Assembly: GCF_009914755.1 (NCBI RefSeq)
Contig: NC_060932.1
DNA length: 64,000 nucleotides
Reading direction: 5' to 3' (one strand)
Source of the DNA: the human T2T-CHM13v2.0 reference genome, Homo sapiens
Shown here: piece after piece, positions 1 through 13,002 of the stretch
Layout: every line of letters begins with the position of its first letter
Numbering within the stretch: position 1 is the stretch's first letter
Notes under the pieces: model-generated
Told to the model about the DNA's origin: nothing
The model's input: the letters and a program-made list of their open reading frames with translations, nothing else
Database searches by the model: none
Position numbers and translations under genes: made by a program

Positions 1-181
1 CTTCAAGGAGAACTACAAACTGCTGCTCAAGGAAGTAAGAGAGGACACAAACAAATGAAAAAAAAAATTCCATGTTCATGGATAGGAAGAATCAATATCA
101 TGAAAATGGCCATAAGGTCCAAAGTGATTTATAGATTCATTGCTATTCCCATCAAGCTACCCTTGACTTTCTTCACAGAAT
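1..181 (+). mobile_element. L1PA ORF2 fragment (runs off the left edge; ends abruptly without a 3' UTR)
   Basis: Translates [16 protein letters not shown]...[20 protein letters not shown], typical of L1 ORF2p; similarity stops at ttcacagaat. Confidence 0.9.
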
Positions 182-2305
182 CAGATTCCAGATTTTTGAA
201 ATCTGTCCTCCACTGGGCATTTGCCACTCTATCACATTCCTGAGAAAAAAATACATGCATGGATGACAAAGTCAAAGAATAACACTATGAATTGAGGGAG
301 GAAAATGATCAGAGTGTAACCTGAGAACAAAGAGACATCAGTACAATTGAAAGTTAACGTTCCAGGAGGTGGGTGTGGAGAGGAAAGCTGGAGAAACAGA
401 TTGGGCCACATGATCAAGGTCCAGCACAGGCTCAACCACAATCTAATTTACACAGTGGAAAGACCATTCTAGCTGAGGTACAGCTTGCATCAAGCAGGTG
501 GGGGCAATACTTAATGGGTGTTTATGTTTTCCCTCGATGACTCATTATAGAATAATTTTGAACTTTGGTTTTGTAAAAACCAAAACCAAAAACAACAACA
601 AAAACAAAAACCGTAAAAGGTAGATACTTGTTATGGGCACCTCCATTTTATGTTTTTGTTTTTGCTTTACAAAATTCCATGATTCTAAAAAAGTTTGAAA
701 GTTATTCTTTATATAATAAGTATGGGCGTCCAACAAATAACACCTGAGTGTTAGTAGTTAAAATAAGAATGAAGGCATTGGAATCCCACACCTGAGACCT
801 AGCATTTACTCCTCCTGCTGCAACTCGGGAGTCACAGGGCTCCACGGGATGTCACTGTAGCACAAAGAATATTCATACTATGTAAATATCCATTGTGATT
901 ATTAGAACATCATAAATTTGACTCTTAAACATGGGTAAGAGTAAAAGACAGCATTACTCATATCATTGCTGGTCTCTAGAATACTAGGTCCCCCAAATTG
1001 TTATAGTCTGATTGCTTTTATTATTATTTAATGTTTTAATAGTTGAAATTGAGAATGGCTATGATAGAATACTTATAAAGGCTTCTTTACTTCAATTTAT
1101 TTAAGAGCCAGTACTGACACATAGCTTGTTAAAAACATTTTTTGGAAATCAAGATTGGTTAACAGATCTATGAAGATAATAAATATGAAGTAAAAGGAAA
1201 CAGTCTTAAGAATGAGCTCTATCACAGGTTATAAGCTACTGTATACTATTATATAATGATTTTATGGTTTATTTTCTCTTTATCTCCTTTATTAGCCTTA
1301 ATTGAATATACATTAAAAGCATTGTTATGGAGGATGTTTGTTAAAACCCACTCACATGTATATTGACCTTCATTTTGCAAACTTACATTCTGAGAATTAA
1401 GAGGCAATCAACGTAATCTTAGCTGAAATCACTTCATTCTGGTTTTTCATATTTTTTCTACAAAATTAGAGGACTTAATTATTTTCCAAAATAATTATGA
1501 TTTACAATTAAATTCACTGTTAACACATTAACATTTTAAGTTCATGAAATACCTTAATCTTTCTAATCCACTTAATCCTTTAAATCGACACTGATTTCTA
1601 GAATCTTTCAAGGTAAAATTTGAATTGAAGTTAATATGGCCCTTTTAATTTTTAAAAATCTTTGATATGGCTTTGATAAACTGAAGGAGCTCTGAGCTAC
1701 TGTTTCTCCCAAAGGTGTATGACCCTCATGTACACACATGTGCACACATACACACACTTTATTACACATCTTTAGGCTTTTTATATAAAGCATTTATATG
1801 ATCATAATATGAATTCCATAGCTTAAACTTCTCAACATAGAATTAACCTTTTATTTCTTAAATTTTATGTTATTATTCCATAATCTTTCAATTATTTCAC
1901 ATCAAAGACAGTTACTAAAAATATAAAAAAAATTGAAACATCAAAATGAATTCTTTCTTGAAATGTCTCCTGTGTAAGTAGAAATCTTCACTATACAAGT
2001 TATAATATAGTTCTGACAATATTCACATAAATCTTAGCATTTTAAAATTATATATATTTTTTTTCTTTCCAATTGTGTTACAGCTCAACAATACAAAGAG
2101 CTGTTTGATGTAATTTTTATGTTCTTCTTCAGATAAATTATTTCTTCTTTGCTTTTAGGGAAATGAAGAACATTGTATTTATTGCAAAACGAACTCAGAC
2201 ATTTAGGGAAACTCTCAGGTACTTGTTTCCTAATCTTCAAGTATTTCAAAGATAGCCCTAAAGTAAATATTCAAAAAAATTTAAACAAAAAAGTATTTTG
2301 AATGA

Positions 2306-2684
<379 letters not shown>

Positions 2685-3330
2685 TCTTACTCATTTCTTG
2701 ATATACAAGGACATTATAGAGCATTGTGAAAATTAACACATAATTCACTGCTATGTTTATAATTCAAATATAGAAAAAACAAAATCAAGAAAGATTCAAA
2801 AGGTCTTTGGCTAATATATACTTTTCATACCCTTAAATTTTATGTCTTGTTTTCCTTCTCCTTAAATCTTTACTTTTTTATTCTTTCTTTCTGTGGCTTC
2901 TGATATATTTTATTTTTTTCTGGATTAATGTTTTTATGATTAAGAATAACTGACTTCAAACTTTTCTCATCGTATTTTAGTTTACCTTTGCTTAAATTAT
3001 CATTTTTGATTTCCATAAAAGTTTTGTAACTCAAAGTATTATCCTTCAAACCTGCATGAATTGAATGGGAATGATATAACTTTGCTTTTCCTTACAGCGT
3101 TATTCTAAAATTAAATGAGATAGCATGTTAAAAATAATAAACTGTAAAACATAAGGTAGAGATTCTGAAACATCTGAGCATTATTTCCAGCTAGCCCATA
3201 TTTCAATAGATCTTGTCTCAACCACAACATATCCTTTCATCTATAACTAGAATTTTATCATGCTTTTTCTTTCTGTTTCAAATTCCTCAGAACACATCAG
3301 GGAGTTGCTTCTGCAAATCATACAGACACA

Positions 3331-3450
3331 GTGAGCCTCATTTTCTTCATCTCTAAAATGGATATCTTAATAACACTTTTCTCCCAGGCTTATGGTAAAG
3401 TGTAAGCAAGAAAATGTGTGTGAAGTGTTTTGCACAGTGAGACTTGCATG
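3331..3450 (+). mobile_element. MIR fragment
   Basis: MIR core-like gagcctcattttcttcatctctaaaatgga...gtgaagtgttttgcacagtg. Confidence 0.7.
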
Positions 3451-4019
3451 ATGAACCCTTAGAAAGAGATGAACATTTCTGCCCCTCACACACTGTGGGA
3501 TAGTCCCACCCACTGCAGTACATGAGTACCAGCGACCCTTTGCTACTGTGCTACCATCCTCAAGATGTCGAAGGGGCACTGTGTTTTCTGTAAGTCTTGA
3601 TCAACCAGTCAGCAGAGTTAATGTCTGTTACATTTCAGTCCTTAGGGTCTGTGCTTTTGGAGGTCTCTGTCCTTTTAGCCCAATGAAGATTGATGTTGAA
3701 CAAGTAGTCGTGAGTTTAAATGGTTCTTAGCAAAGAGAGTTCAGGATAACCTGGAAGCTGCAAACTAGATTAATGGGCCATTAGCAATAGTTGGAAAAAA
3801 ATACATTTCACTTGAGAATTTGTAGGTCCTGGGTGTCTAAGTAGGCACACGGTGAAGGAAGATTGAAAGGCAAGTGTGAAATCCCTGAGACTTGACAGAA
3901 CACTGACAGAGGAGGAGGAAAATTAGGGGTTGGGAAGGGCACACAAAAGTAAAATAGTCAGGCACCAAATCTGAGGAACTTTGGACTTCATGTTGAAGAG
4001 TTGGCACTTACATCAGCAG

Positions 4020-4380
4020 TGGCCCAAGTTTGCCATGTAACGCATAATGACTATGCATCACTGCCTTACGAAAGTAAACATTTGTTTCTCGTGCTTCTGT
4101 GGGATTCAGAAGATTGATCTGGACAGGCTAATTTATACGGCTGCAGTTCGGATGGTTCTCTCGAACATCCTCTGATTGTTCCTTATTCTTCTCTAAGAAT
4201 GAGGAGGTTAGCCCAGGCATGTCCTTTTCTTGTAAAGGGCAAAGGGAGAAGAGAGAAAGCCCTAATGCGCAATTCTATTTTAGTCTCTATATTGGGAACA
4301 ACTGCAAAATCCCACTGTCAGTCAAAGCATGTCATGTGGTTGAGGCCACTATCAAGTGGGAGGGCAGATCAGCCCGGTCC
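4020..4380 (-). mobile_element. Old ERVL-class LTR relic (LTR33-like)
   Basis: Degenerate tagcccaggcatgtcctt...gtcaaagcatgtcatgtggttgaggcc...tcaagtgggaggg resembles LTR33/MLT1 reverse strand. Confidence 0.4.
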
Positions 4381-4817
4381 ATAGAATTTGCATCAATAAA
4401 GTTCATAATTAAATTCCAGAAGTCATATTAGTAAATGTGAAGAATAGTGTGGCCTCAAAAATAAAACTATACAGATATTTATTAATTTGGCAGTTATTTT
4501 ATTTTATAAAGTGCTTAATCTCTGTCAGTGGGCCAGCCTGCAGACAACCTTGAGGAGAACAGAGACAGTGGTTGTTTCTTAGATTGCAGAATGCATTTAC
4601 TTAGATGTACATCTCTGAGGATACTCATTTGTTTTTCTCTTTAGAATGTTTACTATCCATTGAACTGGCAACTGTGTGTTCATATGTTAAAAAGAAATAA
4701 ATAGAAGAGTTTATTCCTACAGAAAATTGATAATACAAATTATTAGTGTGATTGAATTTTATCATGTTTGCAGAAAAAAGCAACAATAACAAGTTAAACA
4801 AAAACAAAAATAACCTT

Positions 4818-5192
4818 TGCCATGATTTGAATGAATGTGTTCCTTCAAAATTCATACATTAGAACCTAATACCTCATGTGATAGCATTAGGAGGAGAGCC
4901 TTTCGGGAGGTGATTAAGTCATGAGGCTCTGTCCTCATGAGTGGAATTAGTGCCCTTATAAAAGAAGTTGAAGTGGTGCCCTAGTCCTTTTTGCCCTTCC
5001 TCCTTCTGCCACGGGAGAAGGCAGCAACAAGGCACTATTTTCGAAGCAGAGAATGACCTTTCACCAGACACCAAATCTGCCAGCACCTTGATCTTGGACT
5101 TCCAGTCTCCAGAACTGTAAGAAATACATTTCTATTGTTTCTATGTTATTCAGTCCTGGATATTTTGTTATAGCAGGAGGAACAGCCTAACA
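4818..5192 (+). mobile_element. ERVL-MaLR solo LTR (MLT1A/MSTD-like)
   Basis: TG...CA ends; ttagtgcccttataaaaga; accagacaccaaatctgccagcaccttgatcttggacttcc; ttttgttatagcag. Confidence 0.9.
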
Positions 5193-6040
5193 TGCTCTTA
5201 GAATCCAAGAAATCTGTACCAACAAAACAAAGTTTTTTGTTATTTTCATCACACAGATGGCATGTAAACTTTCTGAAAATAAAATCTGTAGGTTAAGAAT
5301 AACAAACAGCATACCATGACCAGTAGTATGTGGAAATGTGCTGGTGCTTTCTTTACCACATGAATTTGGGGCATTCTTTTGAAAAATTTTACATGGCTAT
5401 GATTAAAATAAATATTGTAATACATCAACTTACCAGATTGATATCATTAAGGTATTATAAAATTAATCTATAATGTTTGAGTTTTAGAAAAATTTTAATA
5501 GAAAAAGATTAACTTTTCTCCTTAATAGATTTCAAATAAATTCTCAAAGTGAAGACCTGTATACTCCTCTGAATTTTTTAATATAGTTGATGAAATATAT
5601 TTTTTTTATGTGGAGTTAATTTGAAGGGAATAAATTTAGATGAAATACATTTGAGGGAGAAGTTCTGAGCTTGATTAGACAATTTAGTTCAATCTTTAAT
5701 TTAGGCAACTGGCCCAATGATAATGCATTCCTGTTCTATTATGTCCAGTTCAAACATGCATGATCTCTAAGACTCCATAATAACGACATTTCAAAAGTGT
5801 GTTCAACATTGAGCTTGCTGTCCATTTTAGTCTCACACCTTTGTATTCCCATCTCAACTATCTAAATAAATCCAGATTTAATTCTATCCTCTTGCCTTAT
5901 CCTTACCCTTGCCATTTAGCCTTTTAATAACTTTCTCTAAACAAATCTAAAAGGTGTTCCCTCTTTTCCATTTTCAATATTACTAACTTAGCTAACCTCT
6001 TCTCATTTGTATTACCACAATATCTTCCAAATAGGACTTG

Positions 6041-6180
6041 TCAATTTATTTATTGAAGACATTCTTATTATGCATCAATTATGCTACATGACTATTGCTA
6101 CATACTAGGAGTATAACAACAGATGCAGTCCCTCCCCTCAAGAAGTCTACAGTCTAATGAAAAGGACAGATCTAGAATTG
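6041..6180 (-). mobile_element. L2 3' end relic
   Basis: tttattga...cagtccctcccctcaagaagtctacagtctaatg matches the reverse-complemented L2 3' end. Confidence 0.6.
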
Positions 6181-7702
6181 GGTAGGTACTTTCATGCAGT
6201 ATGGAGAAAAGTCTAAGCATTATGAGGGCCTAGTTACAGACTCAAGAGGGATAATGCCAAATAGAAATAGGATTTGGTGGGACAGTTTGATCAATTGCTT
6301 AAACAGAAGATTCATCAAGACAATTTGCAAAGGATAAAAGGTATGTTTACGGTTATTGCTGGACACTCATGAGTCAAATATCAAATACCAGGTGATTTGT
6401 GATGTGAGAAGAGTATAAATAGATACTGCCTTCAAAGCATTATTGTTGTAATTTTTAACATGTTCTATAGAATAAGTTATAAGCTACATAAATCGTTCTT
6501 TCAAATGTTGTTGTTTTTGTTTTTTACCTATGTGGTAAAAAGCTACTTTTATTGCACATAAAATAGTTAACATAGGGTTTAGTTTACCTTTATATGTGAA
6601 AGTTGCTTCAGTTTCTTTAAACAGAAATTTTTCTCTAGGTCATGAATAATTGGACCTGAAAACAGTGAGCTGGTAAGGAAATGAATAAAGAATGTGCTGG
6701 GGGATTTTTAACCTTTTTTGTTCAACATGTAAGCCTTTCATTAGCATTAATACAACTTCACCTTCCATTTGTACATTATTAATGCATTACAGTTTTGAAT
6801 GGTCTGCATCCAAGGAACACTTGATGTCATTTGAAAGTGAATTTATTCATTAACCTGTGTCCCTTAGTTGCAGCCAGCTTTGTATCCCTGTTTTCTGATG
6901 GAGCTAGCAGCCAGCTTTGTACCTGTATTGTAAGTGTCAAAAATAAAAAGTTAGGGCAAGCTTTGTTTCCTCTTCCCTTCCCACTGACATTCTCTAGGTT
7001 ACTGGCATTTTCAAGCTTTGAGCCAATTTTACAATGGGCCTTACTCAAATGAATAGCTTATGGGAAACTTTTCACATATGGTGGAGACAAATTCTTAAAA
7101 TAGCAGCATTATTATAAGAAGAAGTGATGACTCAGAGCATGCTATGAATAAATTGCTTTCCTGGGTTTAGTGTCTTATTCTAAATGGGACTCTAAGTCTT
7201 TCCTCTATTTTAAGAAAGAAGTCAGGCATTAGCAATAAGAGTTTATTTATAATCATGTTCAATAAATGAGTCTGATGTTTGGTTAGGGAAATCATTAAAA
7301 AGGTAGGTCAGAATAAAAGAAGAAATATATGTGGAAAATGACAGACTTAGTTGTGATTTCTACTTCTTAGCTATGAAATGTGGTGAACGTGTATGGTGCT
7401 TCCTTTATTGTATACTGGGAAATTGCAATAACTCTAGCTATTGCATAGCTCTTGCAGGGATCAGAGATAACATAGGAAAGGGCCCAGCACAGTGAATGCC
7501 CATTTTAATAAATAACAAAGATGTTGCTTCACTGAAAGAACAGCAGACTCTCAGAATGCATCACACACACTAAATGAAGTATTTTCAAATTACTTATAAT
7601 CTGTGCTTGTGTTCAGCCATCAAATGATTCAGTGTCAGGAACAAATGATGAATTACATATTATATGCCTCATTCTCTTAATATGAAAAATTCTGCTTGAT
7701 AA

Positions 7703-8125
<423 letters not shown>

Positions 8126-11100
8126 CACATTGTATAATTCAATGTGATTGCATTGAATCCAAGGTTCTGTAATGCTTACCTGTTTGCATGCATTCCTTCA
8201 AATAAGATTTATCTCTTATAGATAGTAGCTCATAGGCAAATTATTCTTCTGCAGAACGTATTTTTCTTTTATATTCTTTAATTAATTATTTAATCAGCCC
8301 TTAGATTGAAACAGTTTTACCACATACATGGCTTTTGCCATTGACAGTCTTCAATGATTCTGTTATAGTGAACTCCAGTAGTAAAAGTGCTGGGATTTTT
8401 TGTGTTGTTCTTTCTTCATCTTTACTTTCAGGTTTTGCGTATGGGAAATATTTAATTGTATTTTAAAATTCAAGAAAAATTATATGCTTATCATTTCATA
8501 TAAATGTCCAAGGAATATTTTTAATGAAACACTGTTTTTGACTGTCAAAAACAAACAAGTTTTAATAAATCAATAGGTATCTTAAATCCATTAACACTAT
8601 ATGTAAATGTATTACATATTCTATTCTATAGTGCATATTTTATCACTTCTCAACTTGCATTTCATGGGAAAAAGAAAGTGCTTGCATAAACAATGTTAAA
8701 TGATTTTCTTTTATGAAAATATCCTCAGACTATCGTGCTAATGAAGCTCACCAAACGTACGTGACCACATTTGACTTCCTTGTTCTGGAGGAGCAAGCAG
8801 GAGCTTCACAGGTCCATGGAAAGACATGGGAAAGTAAAAATCTGGTCTGTAATTACTTAATATAAAGGTTTTGGGTCAAATTCCAGGCTTTAAAATATTC
8901 AAAAATTTCATCATACATTGCTATTAGTTTTGTTCATTTATTTATTTCTTTTGCTCTCTCCTTTCGACTTGATCTCTACCAAGTTCAGCAAATTAAGACT
9001 ATTACTAATGGCAGGAATTATTCAATCCAAATTCAAGGTCCTTTGACCAAAGTTCTCGAGAGAAGACAGAGACCATTGGGCTTGCACAGTCCAGAAAATA
9101 TTACTGGCTGTTTTCACCATGCCTTCTCTAAAGTTGGGCATTTCATAGGCTTTTATAAGCTCTCGTTTTAGTATATGTTTCCCCCACTTCCCGATTACAG
9201 GCCTCCAATAACATGACAACCACATAACTACAGGGAAATGAAGTGATTTTTCTTCATTAAAATTGATTCTGTTTTAATATGTTTATTTTACAAAAGTTGG
9301 AATTATTGCATGTCCCCTGCATGCCAGTAACTCCATTAGGACCCAGGGCTTCAACAGTGGGTCAGTTAGACTGACTGGAAGCTCTCATTACAAGGAGAGG
9401 TGCACAGCAGGAGGGATTCATGGCAATGAGGCCTATGGAAAAAAAAAAGGAGAAAGGTATTGACAGAGAGGGGTTTCAGAAGGTCTTTTAGTAGTTTTGC
9501 AGGAAAAGACTCCCTAAGGCAGTAATATTTGTAGTGAGACCATAGCAAGAATGGAATAGCTATGAAATGAGTAGGGGTAAAAAGGTTTCAAAGAGAGGAA
9601 ATGAGAAGTGTTAAATCAGAGGCATGAAAGGGCTTTGCTATTTGCTTTTTTCCAAGAACATAAGGAGGGCAGGGTGAGGAAGAGGGAGCGAGAGAATAAA
9701 AAAGATAATTCTGATTGTAGTGTAGAAAATAAATTCATGTTTACTTTATCAAAAGCTTTTATTCCATGGTGTTATTTGTATTTAACATTTGCTTTGTATT
9801 TTAAACAATCTTAGTTACATTTTTTATATTTGATATCAGAAACAGGAAGGGTCACTGGCTGTGGAAGATATCACAGATATAATATAGATAATCACAAACA
9901 AAGCAACAGAGGTGCCAAATGATTTTAAGTAAGGAATCTCTGTTTGGGAAAGGGGTGGGTGTCGGAGACATATTTAAATGTTTTCCTCTTATCTGAGTTC
10001 CTTATAGTTTTAGTTGAATATGTGGTCTCCTCGGGCTAATAATAAGTAATGTGGCCATGCAATTTGCTGCCCAAGATGTGATAATAAATAATTATTAGCT
10101 AACAAATTGGTTTCCTGGTATTGGTTCACCTGTAAGATTATTTTGTCAAGCATTATTTTTAAAAGACTGTTATCTCTAAAATATAAACATATACTAGGCA
10201 CACTAAAGAGAAACTGAGAGATATTTCATTCTATTAATTATCTAATCATTAATAAGTAGACTAATCATTTTTGGTAGATTATTTTTGGTAGAGGATCACA
10301 GTTTGTTGAGATGCAATTATGAATGGCATGTTCACCAAAATCAATTCAGGTGCACTTCAGGTACATATGTTTTTTAATTTAGAAGAATTTGATCTTGCTA
10401 CAACTCTGTGCTCTATTAATTGCATATATTCATATTATCAGTGTATAGTAAATAACATAACCAATGTTAAAGGTTTAGATGAATTTATGGTAGCATTCAA
10501 AATAATAGAGATAGTTTAATTTGATAGAAATAAATTTCTAAAACTTTTATTCTACAAATGGGATGGAAAAAACAGTTATTAGAGTTAACAGATTTTTTTA
10601 AATTTGAAGCATTAATAGAAAGAAGACATCATTTAATTATCTGTGGATTTATTCTACTAATGGAGACAAATAAATATCATTCGGCTCACTTTGATAAGAA
10701 AACTTCATATTCAAAATGAGTATATTTCATTTATATGGAGAATCGTTGGATCAAAATAAAAAGTTATGCATAAAGAATGATTTGTAAATATAACTTCTCC
10801 ATCTAAATATATTAGATCAACTTATTTGGGAGACGTTTTGTTTTTAAAATAACTACTAATCCTGTATTTCAAGCATATGCTAATTTGTTCCATTTGGCTT
10901 TTATGCAATCAGTTATTCCCATGGTGAATGGGTGAACATTAAACAACATTTTGTGCAATTGCATACTTCTTATCAACTTTATGATATATTAGAATTCACT
11001 AGTCAATTTTTCATTTAATGCTCACCTTACTTTTTTAACTTAACTAAAGTTGAGTCTAAAACATCAAACTGTAAGATAAGTATATATAGTTCTATATTAT

Positions 11101-11929
11101 AATCCAAAATAATATAAAAGTAATAAATATAGTCTTAATAATATAATAAACAACAAAACGTCTTTTACAAGCATTCAGGTTACTGCTTACAAACTCTACA
11201 GAATGGCCATTTATCCTCTTTCCTGTCCATATTTTAAGTACGTGACACCTCTAATTTCCTCTGTTTTTCACCGCCCCGTTGAAAGATTGCCTGATGCCAG
11301 AGGACAGGTTGCAGCAAGCAGGCTGTTACACCAACTGGCTCATGAGCAGAGGTGTTGAATACTTCCCCTGCAATAGACCTGAAGAAACAAGCTGCCTTTA
11401 GCACCTCATATCCAGATGCACTTAGTTTTATCAGCAAGTACCATGTCTATTGCATTTTTGCTAACCAGGAGAATATTCTGGTTTGATATAAATTTTGACC
11501 ACCAAAAACAAAGCCTTGTGCCGATGCTGCTGAATTACAGAGGTGCATCTTCTCTACCCACGCTTCCTGAGTGTGACTGTAGGATTGGCAAGGCTCTTTA
11601 GTATTCCACACTTGAAAAAGAAATGAACTTCTACCTACTCTGTCTTCCCTCTCAGGTTATAACACAATAATACACATCTTCACATTTTATCCTTCTTCAG
11701 TGCCTAGTTGTGTACAGGTATGTGACATGTGGTATGTGTGTGTACAAATATAATTTCCATTTGGAGAGCTAACTTCCTAAACCCACATTAACATGTTATT
11801 AACCAGGAACTCCTCATTGCATTAAAATAGTGCACTGAAAGAGCTCATAACAAAGTCATTCATAATCTTCTCATCAATATCACTAATTTCTAAAAATTAA
11901 TAAATAAAATATTTTATTACTGTTTATTA

Positions 11930-13002
11930 CACAAGGTGCTATGGAGCAGTTAGTAAGGACACATATTTCAGCCAGTAGTGTGTTTTTGAAAAAGCTTCCC
12001 TAAGGAGTTATGATTTTCCTGGAGACTGAAACATAAAACGAGACATGAACTGGCCGAAGTTGGGGGAGCGCTCAAGTGGGGCCCCTCAGGCAGAGTGGGC
12101 AACAGGCAAGGTGGAAGGAATGAGCAAAAGCATCATGATTTGTGAATAATCAAGAGTTGCTTGGCTGGAACAGAGTACAGTTGAAAGTCAGTGGCAAAAA
12201 TGAGATTAGAAATTTGAGGCTGGGCGCACTGGCTCACGCCTGTAATCCCAGCTCTTTGGGAGGCCGAGGCAGGTGGATCACAAGGTCAGGAGATCGAGAC
12301 CAGCCTGGCTAACACAGTGAAACCCCGTCTCTACTAAAAATACAAAAAATTAGCAGGGTGTGGTGGCGGACGCCTGTAGTCCCAGCTACTGAGGAGGCTG
12401 AAGCGGGAGAAAGGCGTGAAACCAGGAGGTGGAGCTTGCAGTGAGCTAAGATTGCAACACTGCACTCCAGCCCAGGCGACAGAGTGAGACTCTGTCTCAA
12501 AAAACAATAAAATAAAGTAAAATAAAATAAATAAATAAATAAAATTGAGCAAGGCTAAATCTTGAAGGATTTTGTGTGTCTTAACAAGGATTTAAATCTG
12601 ATCATGATACTACCATCGAAAGATGTTATGTAGCAGAAATATGATTTAAGTTGAAAAAAGGGAAGGGAGTGGGCTTACATTATACAATGTGGAATGTCAA
12701 GAGTAGAGAAAATAAATTAATTTTGAATTTACTGTGAATACGCAAGAGAGAAAAGGTATCTAAACTATATTAGTGGTGTATAATGATAATGATGACATAG
12801 AGATTCATGAGGTGTGTGGGAATTAGAATTAACAGAATTAGAGGCAGGGAGTCTGATGGTAAAGTTGATTTTATTTTCAAATGTAATGCTTAGAAGATGG
12901 AGTAAAAGTGCTGACAATCCCTAAAATAAATTAAAGAAGAGAGTGGTTGAGGGGAAGATGAAAATTCACTTCAAATATATCAATTTTAATCTCTATACAA
13001 GC
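11930..13002 (-). mobile_element. L2 relic, interrupted by AluY and by the ERVL provirus (resumes ~15656)
   Basis: Purine-rich L2-like motifs (ttggctggaacagagt, ggggaagatgaaaattcactt); agtagttggata continues after the provirus. Confidence 0.55.
12218..12545 (+). mobile_element. AluY
   Basis: ggctgggcgc start; gatcacaaggtcaggagatcgagacc; ggcgtgaa; ggagcttgcagtgagc; (TAAA)n tail; TSD-like aaatttga/aaattga. Confidence 0.95.

Noticed and set aside
8729-8762. Possible micro-exon (cctcag|actatc...caaac|gtacgt)
   Set aside because: Poor polypyrimidine tract, 28 nt, no resemblance to syntrophin; insufficient support.
11250-11600. Possible exon after a branchpoint-like ctctaat and pyrimidine tract
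   Set aside because: No convincing donor or recognisable peptide.
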